Of a stretch of DNA of 64,000 nt, positions 38,379-47,345 are shown one piece after another. The position numbers were made by a program, and so were the translations under genes. This stretch comes from Candidatus Omnitrophota bacterium (GTDB lineage: Bacteria; Omnitrophota; Gorgyraeia; Zapsychrales; JANLHA01). The notes under the pieces were generated by a model that ran no database searches, was not told where the DNA came from, and saw only the letters and a list, made by a program, of their open reading frames with translations. The DNA lies in NCBI GenBank assembly GCA_029560465.1, contig JAKQKX010000023.1:7965-71964 (forward strand), given 5' to 3'. The stretch's first letter is position 1. Every line of letters begins with the position of its first letter.

Positions 38379-39821
38379 TTAATTTCCTATGATAAAAAAT
38401 CCCCGTAATGTTTGTATAAGGCAATTCCCGGATGTCCTGGAGACAGCTTGGCGGAAGTCTTCAGTATTTTTGACGGCCTGGTTATTAACGGCAATGATGA
38501 TATCCCCTTCCCGGATCCCCGCGTGGTGGGCCGGGCTGCCCGGATGCAACCTGGTGATGATCACTCCGGTGATATTTTCCAGGCGGAATTGTTCGGCCAC
38601 CTCTTCGGTGATATCCTGAACTTCAAACCCTTTCCAGGCCGGCGACGGTCCCGGCCCGGTTCTCGGGTATGAGGGTTGTGACAACGGGTCTTTGAGAGGG
38701 GCCCGTTCACCGATCACGATACGGAGCGTTTTTTCCTCTCCTTTATGAAGAACCCGTGCCTGCACCGTTTCCCCGATGTCCCGGTTGGCGATGTATTTGC
38801 TCAACAGAGCGCAGGTCCTCATTTTAACGTCGTTGATTGACAAGATGATATCTCCGTCAGATAATCCAGCCTGTTCGGCTGGAGCATCTTTGAGGACTTT
38901 CAAGACCAATACGCCTTCTGCGGACGGCAGGTTGAAATATTGGGCGAGCCGGTAATCTAAGTCCTGGATGCTGATCCCGATCCAGCCCTGGGTCACCTTT
39001 TTACCTTTGATAATCTGGTCGACTATTGTTTTGGCGTAATTGATAGGGATAGCGAACCCGATTCCCTGATAGCCTCCGGACGTTGAGAAAATCGCCACGT
39101 TAATGCCGATGACCTCGCCGTTCAAATTCACCAGCGGGCCACCGGAATTGCCGGGGTTAATGGCTGCGTCGGTCTGGATGAGGTCGGAATAGTCCGTGTC
39201 CCTTCGGGAGCTGGCCGGGAGCGCCCGGTGCAGAGCACTGACCACGCCGGCTGTTACCGTGGGTTGCGGATCATTCAGCACATGGCCGAACGGGTTCCCG
39301 ATCGCCACAACCCATTGGCCGATTTTTAAGTCATCAGAGTTGCCCAGCGGAGGGATTGTCATTTCCAATGAGGGAATTTTAACCACCGCCAGGTCGGAGC
39401 GAGAATCCGTCCCTCTGAGTTCCCCTTCAAAAGCCCGGCCGTCCGGGAGCATGACCGTGATGGTGTCCGCACCCCGGACAACGTGTTCGTTGGTCAGAAT
39501 ATATCCTTTATTATCCACGATGACTCCGGACCCCAGCCCCTGACGCCGTTGTTCATATCGCGGATACCCCCCGAAAAATTCTCCAAAAAACTGATCAAAA
39601 AGGTCCCCGCCGTAATAGGCCCTCCCTGGGTCATACTGAATCTGTTCCGTTTTTATGGACACCACCGATGGTCCGACTTTTTGGGCCACAGTCTCGACAG
39701 CATGCACCAAGGACGGTTCTTCGGCATGAACGGGGGAGGTTAACATCACGGCGACCGCTCCTAGCTGGAAACATGCGATAACGCCGAGCGTTTTTTTCAG
39801 GAAGTTTGTGTTTTTACGCAT
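38379..39821 (-). CDS. degP: Do/DegQ-family periplasmic serine protease with two PDZ domains
   Basis: GSGVI, TNEHV, DLAVVK and QTDAAINPGNSGGPL motifs. Confidence 0.92.
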   Translation of the reverse strand: MRKNTNFLKKTLGVIACFQLGAVAVMLTSPVHAEEPSLVHAVETVAQKVGPSVVSIKTEQIQYDPGRAYYGGDLFDQFFGEFFGGYPRYEQRRQGLGSGVIVDNKGYILTNEHVVRGADTITVMLPDGRAFEGELRGTDSRSDLAVVKIPSLEMTIPPLGNSDDLKIGQWVVAIGNPFGHVLNDPQPTVTAGVVSALHRALPASSRRDTDYSDLIQTDAAINPGNSGGPLVNLNGEVIGINVAIFSTSGGYQGIGFAIPINYAKTIVDQIIKGKKVTQGWIGISIQDLDYRLAQYFNLPSAEGVLVLKVLKDAPAEQAGLSDGDIILSINDVKMRTCALLSKYIANRDIGETVQARVLHKGEEKTLRIVIGERAPLKDPLSQPSYPRTGPGPSPAWKGFEVQDITEEVAEQFRLENITGVIITRLHPGSPAHHAGIREGDIIIAVNNQAVKNTEDFRQAVSRTSGNCLIQTLRGFFIIGN

Positions 39822-39832
39822 GGATATAGTTC

Positions 39833-40864
39833 TTATTTCTTCAATCCAGAGGACTCCAGAATTTTCTTCTCGATTTGATTCAGGATTTTTGGGTTATCCA
39901 ACAGGAATTTCCTGGCGCTGTCCCGCCCCTGTCCGATTTTCTCCGTTTCATAAGAAAACCAGGAGCCGGATTTAGCGATGACTTCAGTTTGTATCCCTAA
40001 ATCCAGGATGTCGCTGCTGCGGGATATCCCTTCATCAAAATAAATTTCAAATTCCGCCGTGCGGAAAGGAGGCGCCACTTTGTTTTTAACAATTTTGGCG
40101 CGGATCCGGTTCCCAATGAAATCGTCCCCTTTTTTAAGCGTTTCGATGCGCCGCAGATCAATCCGGATGGACGCGTAAAATTTCAGGGCGTTCCCTCCGG
40201 TCGTGGTTTCCGGGTTGCCGAACATCACGCCGATCTTCATCCGGATCTGGTTGATAAAAATAACGGTCGATTTGGATTTATTAATGGCCCCGGTTAATTT
40301 TCTTAACGCCTGGGACATCAACCGCGCCTGCAGGCCCATGTGGGAATCGCCCATCTCCCCTTCGATTTCCGCTTTAGGGGTTAAGGCGGCGACGGAATCA
40401 ATGACAATTAAGTCCACAGCGTTGGAGCGTACAAGGGTTTCAGCGATTTCGAGGGCTTGTTCTCCGGTGTCTGGCTGGGAGATCAGGAGATCTTCCAGGT
40501 TAATCCCGATTTTTTTGGCGTAGGTTGAGTCAAATGCGTGCTCCGCATCGATAAACGCCGCCACACCTCCTTGTTTCTGAACTTCCCGGATAATGCTTAG
40601 GGTCAGGGTGGTTTTCCCGGACGACTCCGGGCCGTATATTTCCACAACTCTTCCCCGCGGAACCCCTCCCACGCCCAAGGCCAGATCTAACGCCAAAGAC
40701 CCCGTTGGGATCACCGGGATATCCAAATGCGCGGTGCCGTCCATCCTCATGATGGCCCCTTTGCCGAATTGTTTTTCGATCTGGGTTAACGCCAGTTCCA
40801 GTGCTTTACGTTTGTTTTCAGCTTCCGCCGCTTTCACGTCCGTCGTTTTCTTAACTTCTGCCAT
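39833..40864 (-). CDS. recA: Recombinase RecA
   Basis: [20 protein letters not shown] and [10 protein letters not shown] motifs; start at MAEVKK with GGAGG SD. Confidence 0.99.
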   Translation of the reverse strand: MAEVKKTTDVKAAEAENKRKALELALTQIEKQFGKGAIMRMDGTAHLDIPVIPTGSLALDLALGVGGVPRGRVVEIYGPESSGKTTLTLSIIREVQKQGGVAAFIDAEHAFDSTYAKKIGINLEDLLISQPDTGEQALEIAETLVRSNAVDLIVIDSVAALTPKAEIEGEMGDSHMGLQARLMSQALRKLTGAINKSKSTVIFINQIRMKIGVMFGNPETTTGGNALKFYASIRIDLRRIETLKKGDDFIGNRIRAKIVKNKVAPPFRTAEFEIYFDEGISRSSDILDLGIQTEVIAKSGSWFSYETEKIGQGRDSARKFLLDNPKILNQIEKKILESSGLKK

Positions 40865-40976
40865 CTTACCCTCCCTTATGTTAGCCATGTTTGTTCTGGC
40901 ACCATCCCGGGTGCCCTGAGCCTGTGGGGTAAAAATTATATATAATTAATTAATATTATTTTAAAAATGAAAATCA

Positions 40977-41005
40977 ATTATACATGATGCCCTGGGGATT
41001 GTCAA
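40977..41005 (-). promoter_or_regulatory. Consensus sigma70 promoter of recA
   Basis: Exact TTGACA-N17-TATAAT. Confidence 0.8.
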
Positions 41006-41061
41006 TAGTTCCCCCGTGAGGGGAAAGACAGGAAAATGAGTTTTTGCAATAGGTTAGGAAT

Positions 41062-42879
41062 TCAAAAAGCCAGGCATCCCTTTAGGTACGGTTTTAAAGC
41101 TTCGGTCAGAGAGGGGTTCTGGTCCACAAGCCGTTGAAAATAATGAAGCGCCTGCTCACATTGTCCCACTTGATTGTAGACCTGGCTCAGGCGGAAGAGG
41201 ACATCCAGACTCTCCGGTTGATAGTGAAGGACTTGTTGGTAAAAATCAATGGCGCGCTGGGGTTGATTTGTTTGTTCGAAGGTGTATGCCATGTTAAACA
41301 ACGCGTCCACATTATGAGGACAGATGCGGATCGACTTTTCAAAGTACTGTTCGGCCAGAGGGTAATTGCCGGCTTGTAAATAGGCGTTACCCAGGTTGTA
41401 TAGGGTCGTGCTGTCGTTGGGACGGATGTTAAGCGCGTTTTGGAAGGCGGCCTGGGCTTTCTGCGGGTCGGAGCGCTGCAGGTAAATTGTCCCGGTTTTA
41501 CTGAAGCGGATAAAATCGGTATACCCGGGGTCGGCTTGTTCGCGTGGAAAGAGCAAAAGAAAGGACAGGACAAAACCGGTGATTATCCCGAGCCTCCTCC
41601 ATTGTTTTGTTCTCAAAGAATCCACGATCCAGAAAAGAGTCTGGGCCTCATAAAGCAAAAAGACAGGCAGGACAGTAGCCCGATGCCGGGTTGTCAGGAA
41701 AAAAATGCTTGTCATGAGCCATTGGCTGATAATAAGCAAGTTCGGAAAATGCGCGGCAGGGTATTTTCTCAGGCTCAACAGAATTCCGAAGATCGCCAAG
41801 GGGCAGATGACCCCGAAGGGGTTGATATCCAGGGTTTTTTGCCATTGTCCCTGGAGCAGAAGATCGGCATCATGGGCGTTTTCAGTGTCGGTCAGAAAGA
41901 GCCGGGTTTTTCGCCAGAGAAGCCGCAGGTATTGCTCCGGATGCTGACGGATGAACTGGACCGCTTTATCCTGCCAGAATTGCGAGATTTCTTGCGGGGA
42001 TAACTGCCGGCGGGCGATTTTTTCGGCGATGATTTTCTGGTCTTCATCCTGCCCCTGGTGCGAAGGCCTTAAGAACGCCGGGTGGTCATAGACTCCGGTG
42101 GCCAGGGGGTTGTTCCCGGTATAAAAGCTTAGGCCGCTTTGCGCGCTGATGGCCGTCCAGTCTCCGCCGATAAGGCGGTTGCGCAAGGCCACGGAACCCA
42201 GGATCATGGCGGTTCCAAGGGCCAGGGGCAGCAGGATCTTAAAGAGTTTTGCTTTCCAGAAATAAGGCCAGCGAAAAAGGATGCTCAGGGCTAAAAGAAA
42301 TAGGAAAAAAATGATTTTCCCGTCCCCCAGGACGGCGAGCCCGGCGATCACCCCGAAAAGGAGCCATTCCCGGGATCGGTCTTTCAGCAGGTCGCTTGCC
42401 AGATAATAAAGGAGAAACAGCGACAGGGATATTAAGAGGGTGACCGGCATCATCAGCCAGTCGTAGTAAATGAGAATAAAGTTGCTCGCGGCCAGGATGG
42501 CGGCCAGGAACCCAACCCGTTGAGAAAAGATTTTCTTCCCGACAGCAAAAAGCAGGACACAATTAAAGGCCCCCAGGATCAAGTGAAAAAGACGAACGAT
42601 TTCAAGGTGCCCGAGAGCCAGCCGGATCAGGACGGCCAAGAAATAAGGATACAGCGGCAGCCCGAAAAATGTCTTATCTCCCAGCCAGTTTCCTTTAGCG
42701 ATTTCCGTGGCCCAGTCTTGGTAATATGTGACGTCGGAGCTCGGTGAGCTGTAAAATAGATAATGCGCTTTTAGGAATTGCTGGTATCCCAGCCGCAGGC
42801 AGAACGCCAGAAGAAAAATTCCGGTGTAAAGCCAGACAGGGTTGATGGGCGTTGATTTGGTTTTATTGGGCATTGTCAA
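41062..42879 (-). CDS. GT-C (PMT/ArnT-like) membrane glycosyltransferase with C-terminal TPRs
   Basis: Many TM helices, D..YY..WA..I and PLYPYFLA motifs; TPR units such as YNLGNAY and FNMAYTF. Confidence 0.8.
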   Translation of the reverse strand: MTMPNKTKSTPINPVWLYTGIFLLAFCLRLGYQQFLKAHYLFYSSPSSDVTYYQDWATEIAKGNWLGDKTFFGLPLYPYFLAVLIRLALGHLEIVRLFHLILGAFNCVLLFAVGKKIFSQRVGFLAAILAASNFILIYYDWLMMPVTLLISLSLFLLYYLASDLLKDRSREWLLFGVIAGLAVLGDGKIIFFLFLLALSILFRWPYFWKAKLFKILLPLALGTAMILGSVALRNRLIGGDWTAISAQSGLSFYTGNNPLATGVYDHPAFLRPSHQGQDEDQKIIAEKIARRQLSPQEISQFWQDKAVQFIRQHPEQYLRLLWRKTRLFLTDTENAHDADLLLQGQWQKTLDINPFGVICPLAIFGILLSLRKYPAAHFPNLLIISQWLMTSIFFLTTRHRATVLPVFLLYEAQTLFWIVDSLRTKQWRRLGIITGFVLSFLLLFPREQADPGYTDFIRFSKTGTIYLQRSDPQKAQAAFQNALNIRPNDSTTLYNLGNAYLQAGNYPLAEQYFEKSIRICPHNVDALFNMAYTFEQTNQPQRAIDFYQQVLHYQPESLDVLFRLSQVYNQVGQCEQALHYFQRLVDQNPSLTEALKPYLKGCLAF

Positions 42880-43603
42880 GGTAAAAGCGGATCAAGGTTA
42901 CACTCACTATGGCGGCGGTATCGACTTTCAGGACGTTTTTGCCGAGAGACACGGGGATCGCGCCGGCCTGGACCGCCTGTTCAACCTCACGGGGAGAAAA
43001 ATCCCCTTCCGGGCCGATAAAAACTATAATGGATGTGTGCGGGGTTCCTGCCATTAAGACTTCTGGCAATGATTTCTTTTCTCCTCCCAGCCAGGGGATG
43101 ACGCAGGTTCCTGCCCGGGGTATCCGGGAGACTGCGTCGCTGAAGGTCTGGCAGGGATGGATTTCAGGGACTGTGTTTCTTTGGGATTGCTTCGCGGCGT
43201 TAATGGCTATTTTTTCATAGCGGGACTGCTTCTTACCAGCGCGTTCATCGGTGAGGCGGATTTCGGTCCGTTGGGTTATGATAGGAATGATCTCCGTCAC
43301 GCCAATCTCAGTGGCTTTTTCGACAATGAGTTCAAATTTGGCTTTTTTGGGGATCGCGCAAGCCAAAATGATTCCCGGTTGTCCTCCTCCCCGGGGGTGG
43401 ACACAACGGTCAACCTGGGCGGAGATTTTACGGGAAGTCACGGACGTGAGGGTCGCGTATGCTTCGTCGCCGTCCTTGTTAAAAAGACAGATGGCCGCGC
43501 CTTTATGAAGGCGCAGCACGGTGCGGATATGATGGATTTCTTCCGGTGACGTTATTTCAACAGAAGGATTTTGCAGGTTTATATTGCAAAAGAAACGGTG
43601 CAT
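42863..43603 (-). CDS. rsmE: 16S rRNA m3U1498 methyltransferase
   Basis: HHIRTVLRL, EKATEIGV, AAKQS, IGPEGDFS and SLGKNVLKVDTA motifs. Confidence 0.95.
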   Translation of the reverse strand: MHRFFCNINLQNPSVEITSPEEIHHIRTVLRLHKGAAICLFNKDGDEAYATLTSVTSRKISAQVDRCVHPRGGGQPGIILACAIPKKAKFELIVEKATEIGVTEIIPIITQRTEIRLTDERAGKKQSRYEKIAINAAKQSQRNTVPEIHPCQTFSDAVSRIPRAGTCVIPWLGGEKKSLPEVLMAGTPHTSIIVFIGPEGDFSPREVEQAVQAGAIPVSLGKNVLKVDTAAIVSVTLIRFYLDNAQ

Positions 43604-43664
43604 AGGGAAGCTGTTTTCTCTGAAACGTTTTCGAAATTCAGGAGTTGGTGCGCGTGAGAAAAAG

Positions 43665-43737
43665 TGGACCGAGGGGGATTCGAACCCCCGACCTCATGAT
43701 TGCGAACCATGCGTTCTCCCAACTGAACTATCGGCCC
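43665..43737 (-). tRNA. tRNA-Ala(CGC), CCA not encoded
   Basis: GGGCCGATAGTTCAGTTGGGAGAACGCATGG-TTCGCAA-TCATGAGGTCGGGGGTTCGAATCCCCCTCGGTCCA; G3:U70 identity pair. Confidence 0.93.
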
Positions 43738-43994
43738 AGTGAAAAGGTGATTTATGTCCAATCGGCCCTTCTTCTCTATTCAGCTGTTTGGAAAAAGAAT
43801 GAGACGGAAGCGCCATTCCTATTTCTACGTTGAAAACCTTTATACCAGATTTTTCAAGAGCTGTACAGAAAGATTTCTATAAATCAAATTCTTTCCAGGG
43901 GGCATCAATAGGAATTAAAAAATTATCGGATTTGATTTTGCCGCTGGAATGGCGAGGTGTATAATAACACCAAAATTCAGAAAGGTGTGCTTTA

Positions 43995-44552
43995 ATGTTA
44001 ATGCGTTCAATTATTTTCGCGCAAAAAGCCGGTGCAGAAACCGATGGCCTCATAAAAGGGTTTCGGAACCAGGGATACAGTGTCCTGGCGGCCCACAACG
44101 GGCAGGAGGTCCTACAGCTTCTCAATGGCAACAAACCTCCGACGGTCATCATCCTGAATTCTTTATTGGAAGGCCCCGGCGCGCTTGATATCTGTCAGTA
44201 TATTCACAAAAAACATAAATTTTCAAAAACCCTTATACTTATTCTCGCAGAAACGCCGGTCGATAAGAAGGTGTTCGGGGATATGGGTGTCCATGAAATT
44301 ATTGCCAAACCGTTTTCTTCGTACGAAATCCATCAGCTCATATCATCTTTAGCCACGACCCTCCCTTCCCAGGCCGGTGGGGGGATTAATTGGAATCGAC
44401 AGGTCACCGGGGCTACCGTTGTCATCACCATTTTTATCGCTGTCATTGTCTATTTTGTGATTATCCCCATGATTGTGAGTTCCAAGTCCAAAAAGAAAAA
44501 TGTAAGCCGGTTCCAAAAAAGCATGTCGGTCATTTCTGATGAATCGGATTAA
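43995..44552 (+). CDS. Receiver-like domain (phospho-Asp replaced by Asn) with C-terminal TM helix
   Basis: GYSVLAAHNGQE, PTVIILNSLL and IAKPF segments; TM VVITIFIAVIVYFVII followed by a Lys-rich tail. Confidence 0.72.
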   Translation: MLMRSIIFAQKAGAETDGLIKGFRNQGYSVLAAHNGQEVLQLLNGNKPPTVIILNSLLEGPGALDICQYIHKKHKFSKTLILILAETPVDKKVFGDMGVHEIIAKPFSSYEIHQLISSLATTLPSQAGGGINWNRQVTGATVVITIFIAVIVYFVIIPMIVSSKSKKKNVSRFQKSMSVISDESD

Positions 44553-44657
44553 TTAGCCCCTCCTTTTCCATTCGTTTGAATTATAGATATTAAAAGGCCG
44601 GGTCCTTTATATGTCCACGGGCTTGATCCGGGTTTGTTCTGGAGGGTTAGTGGCCGT

Positions 44658-45272
44658 TTAACGGTAGCTTTGTCCTTCAGGAAAGATGCGGGTCTGCAGC
44701 GTGTAGTTGGGGTTATCCATGGGGTCAGACGGTGTCCCAGGGTTCAACCGGTTGGTGAGGGAAATATCGAGGTAAAATTTCTGCAGGACCGAATCCTGTA
44801 CCAGATTATAGGTGAACAATTCACAGTTAGCGCTACAACTGTCTTTTAATGCGTATGTTCCGATAATATCGTCCCCGCTGTTGCACGCTGAAGCCCCGGT
44901 GAGAGCGCTTTTCGTGCAGGTATGGATATTATTTGAAATTCTGGAATAGCAGCGCCAGAGGTCATCCGTGTAATGACTGGGGGTGCTGGCGGTATCCTGC
45001 CGGAAGCAAAGGTAATTGCTCCCGGATGAGGCGACGATCCCCGGGCTGGTGATATCACCCACAGCGAGCTTTGCGTTCTTAGTGATATGCTCCATCGTGG
45101 CCCAGGTCTTCATGGCCAGGATGGAATCATCGGAGGCTGCGGCCCGGGAGCCGCGGAGAGCGTAATCGACTGAAAAAATACCCAAACTCACGATCCCTAC
45201 GAGGATTGAGGCGATAACAAGTTCTGTTAATGTCAGCCCGGAGCGCCCCGGGATTTTTAAAAAGTTTTTCAT
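44658..45272 (-). CDS. Minor type IV pilin (PilW-like)
   Basis: Prepilin site RSG|LTLTEL; Cys-rich globular domain. Confidence 0.82.
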   Translation of the reverse strand: MKNFLKIPGRSGLTLTELVIASILVGIVSLGIFSVDYALRGSRAAASDDSILAMKTWATMEHITKNAKLAVGDITSPGIVASSGSNYLCFRQDTASTPSHYTDDLWRCYSRISNNIHTCTKSALTGASACNSGDDIIGTYALKDSCSANCELFTYNLVQDSVLQKFYLDISLTNRLNPGTPSDPMDNPNYTLQTRIFPEGQSYR

Positions 45273-45276
45273 AAAA

Positions 45277-45666
45277 TTACCAGTCGATGGTTAATGTGAC
45301 CTTGCGAGCCCCGGTTAAAGTGTCGTTTTCCACTTGATAAGACGGGGTGTACGTGATCCCGTCAATGACCACTGCATTCAAATTATTATAGATCCCATCG
45401 CCCCCCGGCCCGCCGTCCGGATTGAGCCCCCCTGCGTTCCAGTTGTCCGCCCTGACATCGGAACGGAGTTCTTCGAGGATTTGTTTAGCCAGGTACGCGG
45501 CGGTTACGTCACCTTTGGAGGCGTACGCCGGTTTCTTCAACGCCGAAATGGCCGAAATAGACCCGCCGACCACAAAGGAGAAAATTAGCGTCGCTATGAT
45601 GACTTCAGTTATTGAAAAGCCCTTGTGTTGAACATTTTGTTTAATGGGAAGAATTTTTATTGTCAT
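45277..45666 (-). CDS. Minor type IV pilin (PilV-like)
   Basis: HKG|FSITEV site; A.YLA.QILEELR and KVTLTIDW segments. Confidence 0.82.
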   Translation of the reverse strand: MTIKILPIKQNVQHKGFSITEVIIATLIFSFVVGGSISAISALKKPAYASKGDVTAAYLAKQILEELRSDVRADNWNAGGLNPDGGPGGDGIYNNLNAVVIDGITYTPSYQVENDTLTGARKVTLTIDW

Positions 45667-45681
45667 GCGGATAGGCTCCTT

Positions 45682-46095
45682 TTACGGACAATTCCCTGTG
45701 CAACTCGGGTTGGAACTGGAGAGGGCCGCTTGGTCAATCGTCACCGTAAATGACGATCCGGTCCTTTCCGCCTGGCAGGAAAACCCAGTGGCTGGGGCCG
45801 CGCTGGCGCAGCTGAAAGTTATTCCGTCTTCAATTAAATTCAGGTTTAGATCGTTGTTCATATCATAGGCATAGTGCGTGCTGCCGTCTGTGGGCCAATA
45901 TTGGCCGGAACGGGCTTTATAAATCTGTTGGGCCGAGTGGATCGCCTTTAACTGGAGCACCGCGTCCTGATAATGGGCGTTTTCAACGGAACGCGTGTAG
46001 TTAGGGATAGCAAACCCTGCGATTGCGCCCATGACGACGACGACGACGATCAGTTCCACAATTGTAAAAGCCTTATATTTCCGTGAGTTGATCAT
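45682..46095 (-). CDS. Type IV pilin (PilE-like)
   Basis: YKA|FTIVEL...AIPNY site; start set at MINSRK. Confidence 0.85.
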   Translation of the reverse strand: MINSRKYKAFTIVELIVVVVVMGAIAGFAIPNYTRSVENAHYQDAVLQLKAIHSAQQIYKARSGQYWPTDGSTHYAYDMNNDLNLNLIEDGITFSCASAAPATGFSCQAERTGSSFTVTIDQAALSSSNPSCTGNCP

Positions 46096-46096
46096 G

Positions 46097-46498
46097 TTAA
46101 TAGAGCCCGAGTTCATAACAAATGGTTCCTATGCAGTACATCTGCCCCATTTCATTAATAGTTAATGTGTAGGTCCCGTTTGCCCGGTCGATCTGCGCCA
46201 ACGGGAATCCGGATGCGTCAAGTTGAATGTTTTCAAAATTGGTGCTGGGGCGCATATCGATATCTAGATTGTCGAAATCGTCTGTGTATGTTTGCCCGTG
46301 CTCTTGCCAATAGCGCTTCTGCGCGGCGTAAACAGCCATCAGGATTTGTTTCCCTTCTTCTGCCCGCATCCGTTCGACCGTGTTGCCAAACCGGGGGATC
46401 GCTATCATGGAGAGCACGCCCAACACCACCGCAACCACGGTCAGCTCAGCCAGCGTAAAGGCCTGTCTTGTTCTAATATTGGGGCATCTTGTTATCAT
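46097..46498 (-). CDS. Type IV pilin (PilE-like)
   Basis: RQA|FTLAEL...AIPRF site; C-terminal Cys pair. Confidence 0.85.
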   Translation of the reverse strand: MITRCPNIRTRQAFTLAELTVVAVVLGVLSMIAIPRFGNTVERMRAEEGKQILMAVYAAQKRYWQEHGQTYTDDFDNLDIDMRPSTNFENIQLDASGFPLAQIDRANGTYTLTINEMGQMYCIGTICYELGLY

Positions 46499-46505
46499 AG
46501 CTTAT

Positions 46506-46546
46506 AGAAAAATAAGGGAGCAACATTGGAACCCAATGTTGCTCCC
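46506..46546 (-). terminator. Intrinsic terminator after the first (major) pilin gene
   Basis: Perfect 14-bp stem GGGAGCAACATTGG/CCAATGTTGCTCCC followed by TTATTTTTCT on the minus strand. Confidence 0.8.
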
Positions 46547-46579
46547 AAGTTTCATGTGTGTCTTATTAGCCGTTCTTTA

Positions 46580-46996
46580 TTATTGAATGCCTGCAAACGA
46601 GCCTGTCCCGGAACGGGTCACGCTTGTGGCATCCTGGCTGATAACGATCGTAGACGATCCGTCCCCGTTATCACGGGTATTCCGGGTGGCCGTGATGGTA
46701 TACCCGACCGCGCTTGCGCCGTCAACGACGTATGAAAAATGGCTATTTGGGGAAGCCCCAGGGTTCTCAATATCAAGGGTATTATCAATATCCGTACAGG
46801 CGGTATAATCACCGTTTCTCTGTAAATAGCATCTTTCCAAAGCCTGACGGACAGCTGTAAAAGACGCCAAAGCCTCGGTACTTCTGGAATATTCAACTGT
46901 CGCGAAGAATCGTGGTAAAGCCAAACTGGCTAAAACACCAACGATGATAATCACAATGATGATTTCCAATAACGTAAAACCGCTTTTATTATTCAT
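46580..46996 (-). CDS. Probable major type IVa pilin
   Basis: KSG|FTLLEIIIVIIIVGVLASLALPRF site; first gene after the riboswitch and followed by its own terminator. Confidence 0.88.
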   Translation of the reverse strand: MNNKSGFTLLEIIIVIIIVGVLASLALPRFFATVEYSRSTEALASFTAVRQALERCYLQRNGDYTACTDIDNTLDIENPGASPNSHFSYVVDGASAVGYTITATRNTRDNGDGSSTIVISQDATSVTRSGTGSFAGIQ

Positions 46997-47115
46997 TTTT
47001 TTTATCTTATATCTCCTTTATACTTACGATATCTTAATTAATTTTTTACTCAACCTTTTTCCAATCTATTTTTCTGGCCTTTGACATCACTCCTTTGAGG
47101 GTTGTTGGGTTTAAC

Positions 47116-47149
47116 AAAAAAGCCTATTTCACCGGTGAGTGAAATAGGC
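47116..47149 (-). terminator. Riboswitch expression-platform terminator
   Basis: GCCTATTTCAC-TCACCG-GTGAAATAGGC followed by TTTTTT, just 3' of the aptamer. Confidence 0.85.
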
Positions 47150-47162
47150 ACATTCTTTTCCG

Positions 47163-47250
47163 TTGATCGGCAACTGGCTGTCGCGGGACTTGTCCCGGGA
47201 CCCTATAGTTTTGTGCCCTACCCTCACGGGTAGTTTACCTTGATCGATAA
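47163..47250 (-). ncRNA. c-di-GMP-I (GEMM-I) riboswitch aptamer
   Basis: Minus strand ATCGATCAAGGTAAA-CTACCC-GTGA-GGGTAG-GGCACAAA-ACTATAGGGTC...GACAGCCAGTTGCCGAT matches the GEMM P1/P2 (GNRA loop)/P3 layout. Confidence 0.88.
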
Positions 47251-47273
47251 CAGCTATGTCGAAATCTAGTTAA

Positions 47274-47302
47274 GGTATAACATACGCCGCTGTAAAAGTC
47301 AA
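47274..47302 (-). promoter_or_regulatory. Putative promoter of the riboswitch-pilin operon
   Basis: TTGACT-N17-TATACC with a TGn extension; the -10 box is imperfect. Confidence 0.4.
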
Positions 47303-47345
47303 TTCAGCGGGGTGAATTTTTTGAAAAAAATGGGAAAGCGCTTTC

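Noticed and set aside
40900-41005. LexA box shared by recA and uvrA upstream regions
   Set aside because: Only AT-rich similarity (AATATTAATT) was seen, with no recognisable SOS palindrome.
47046-47087. 13-aa uORF MSKARKIDWKKVE between the riboswitch terminator and the pilin
   Set aside because: The AAGGAG SD is only 2 nt from the ATG and nothing else supports translation.
47163-47250. cGAMP-sensing GEMM-Ib variant
   Set aside because: The specificity position aligns to G rather than A.
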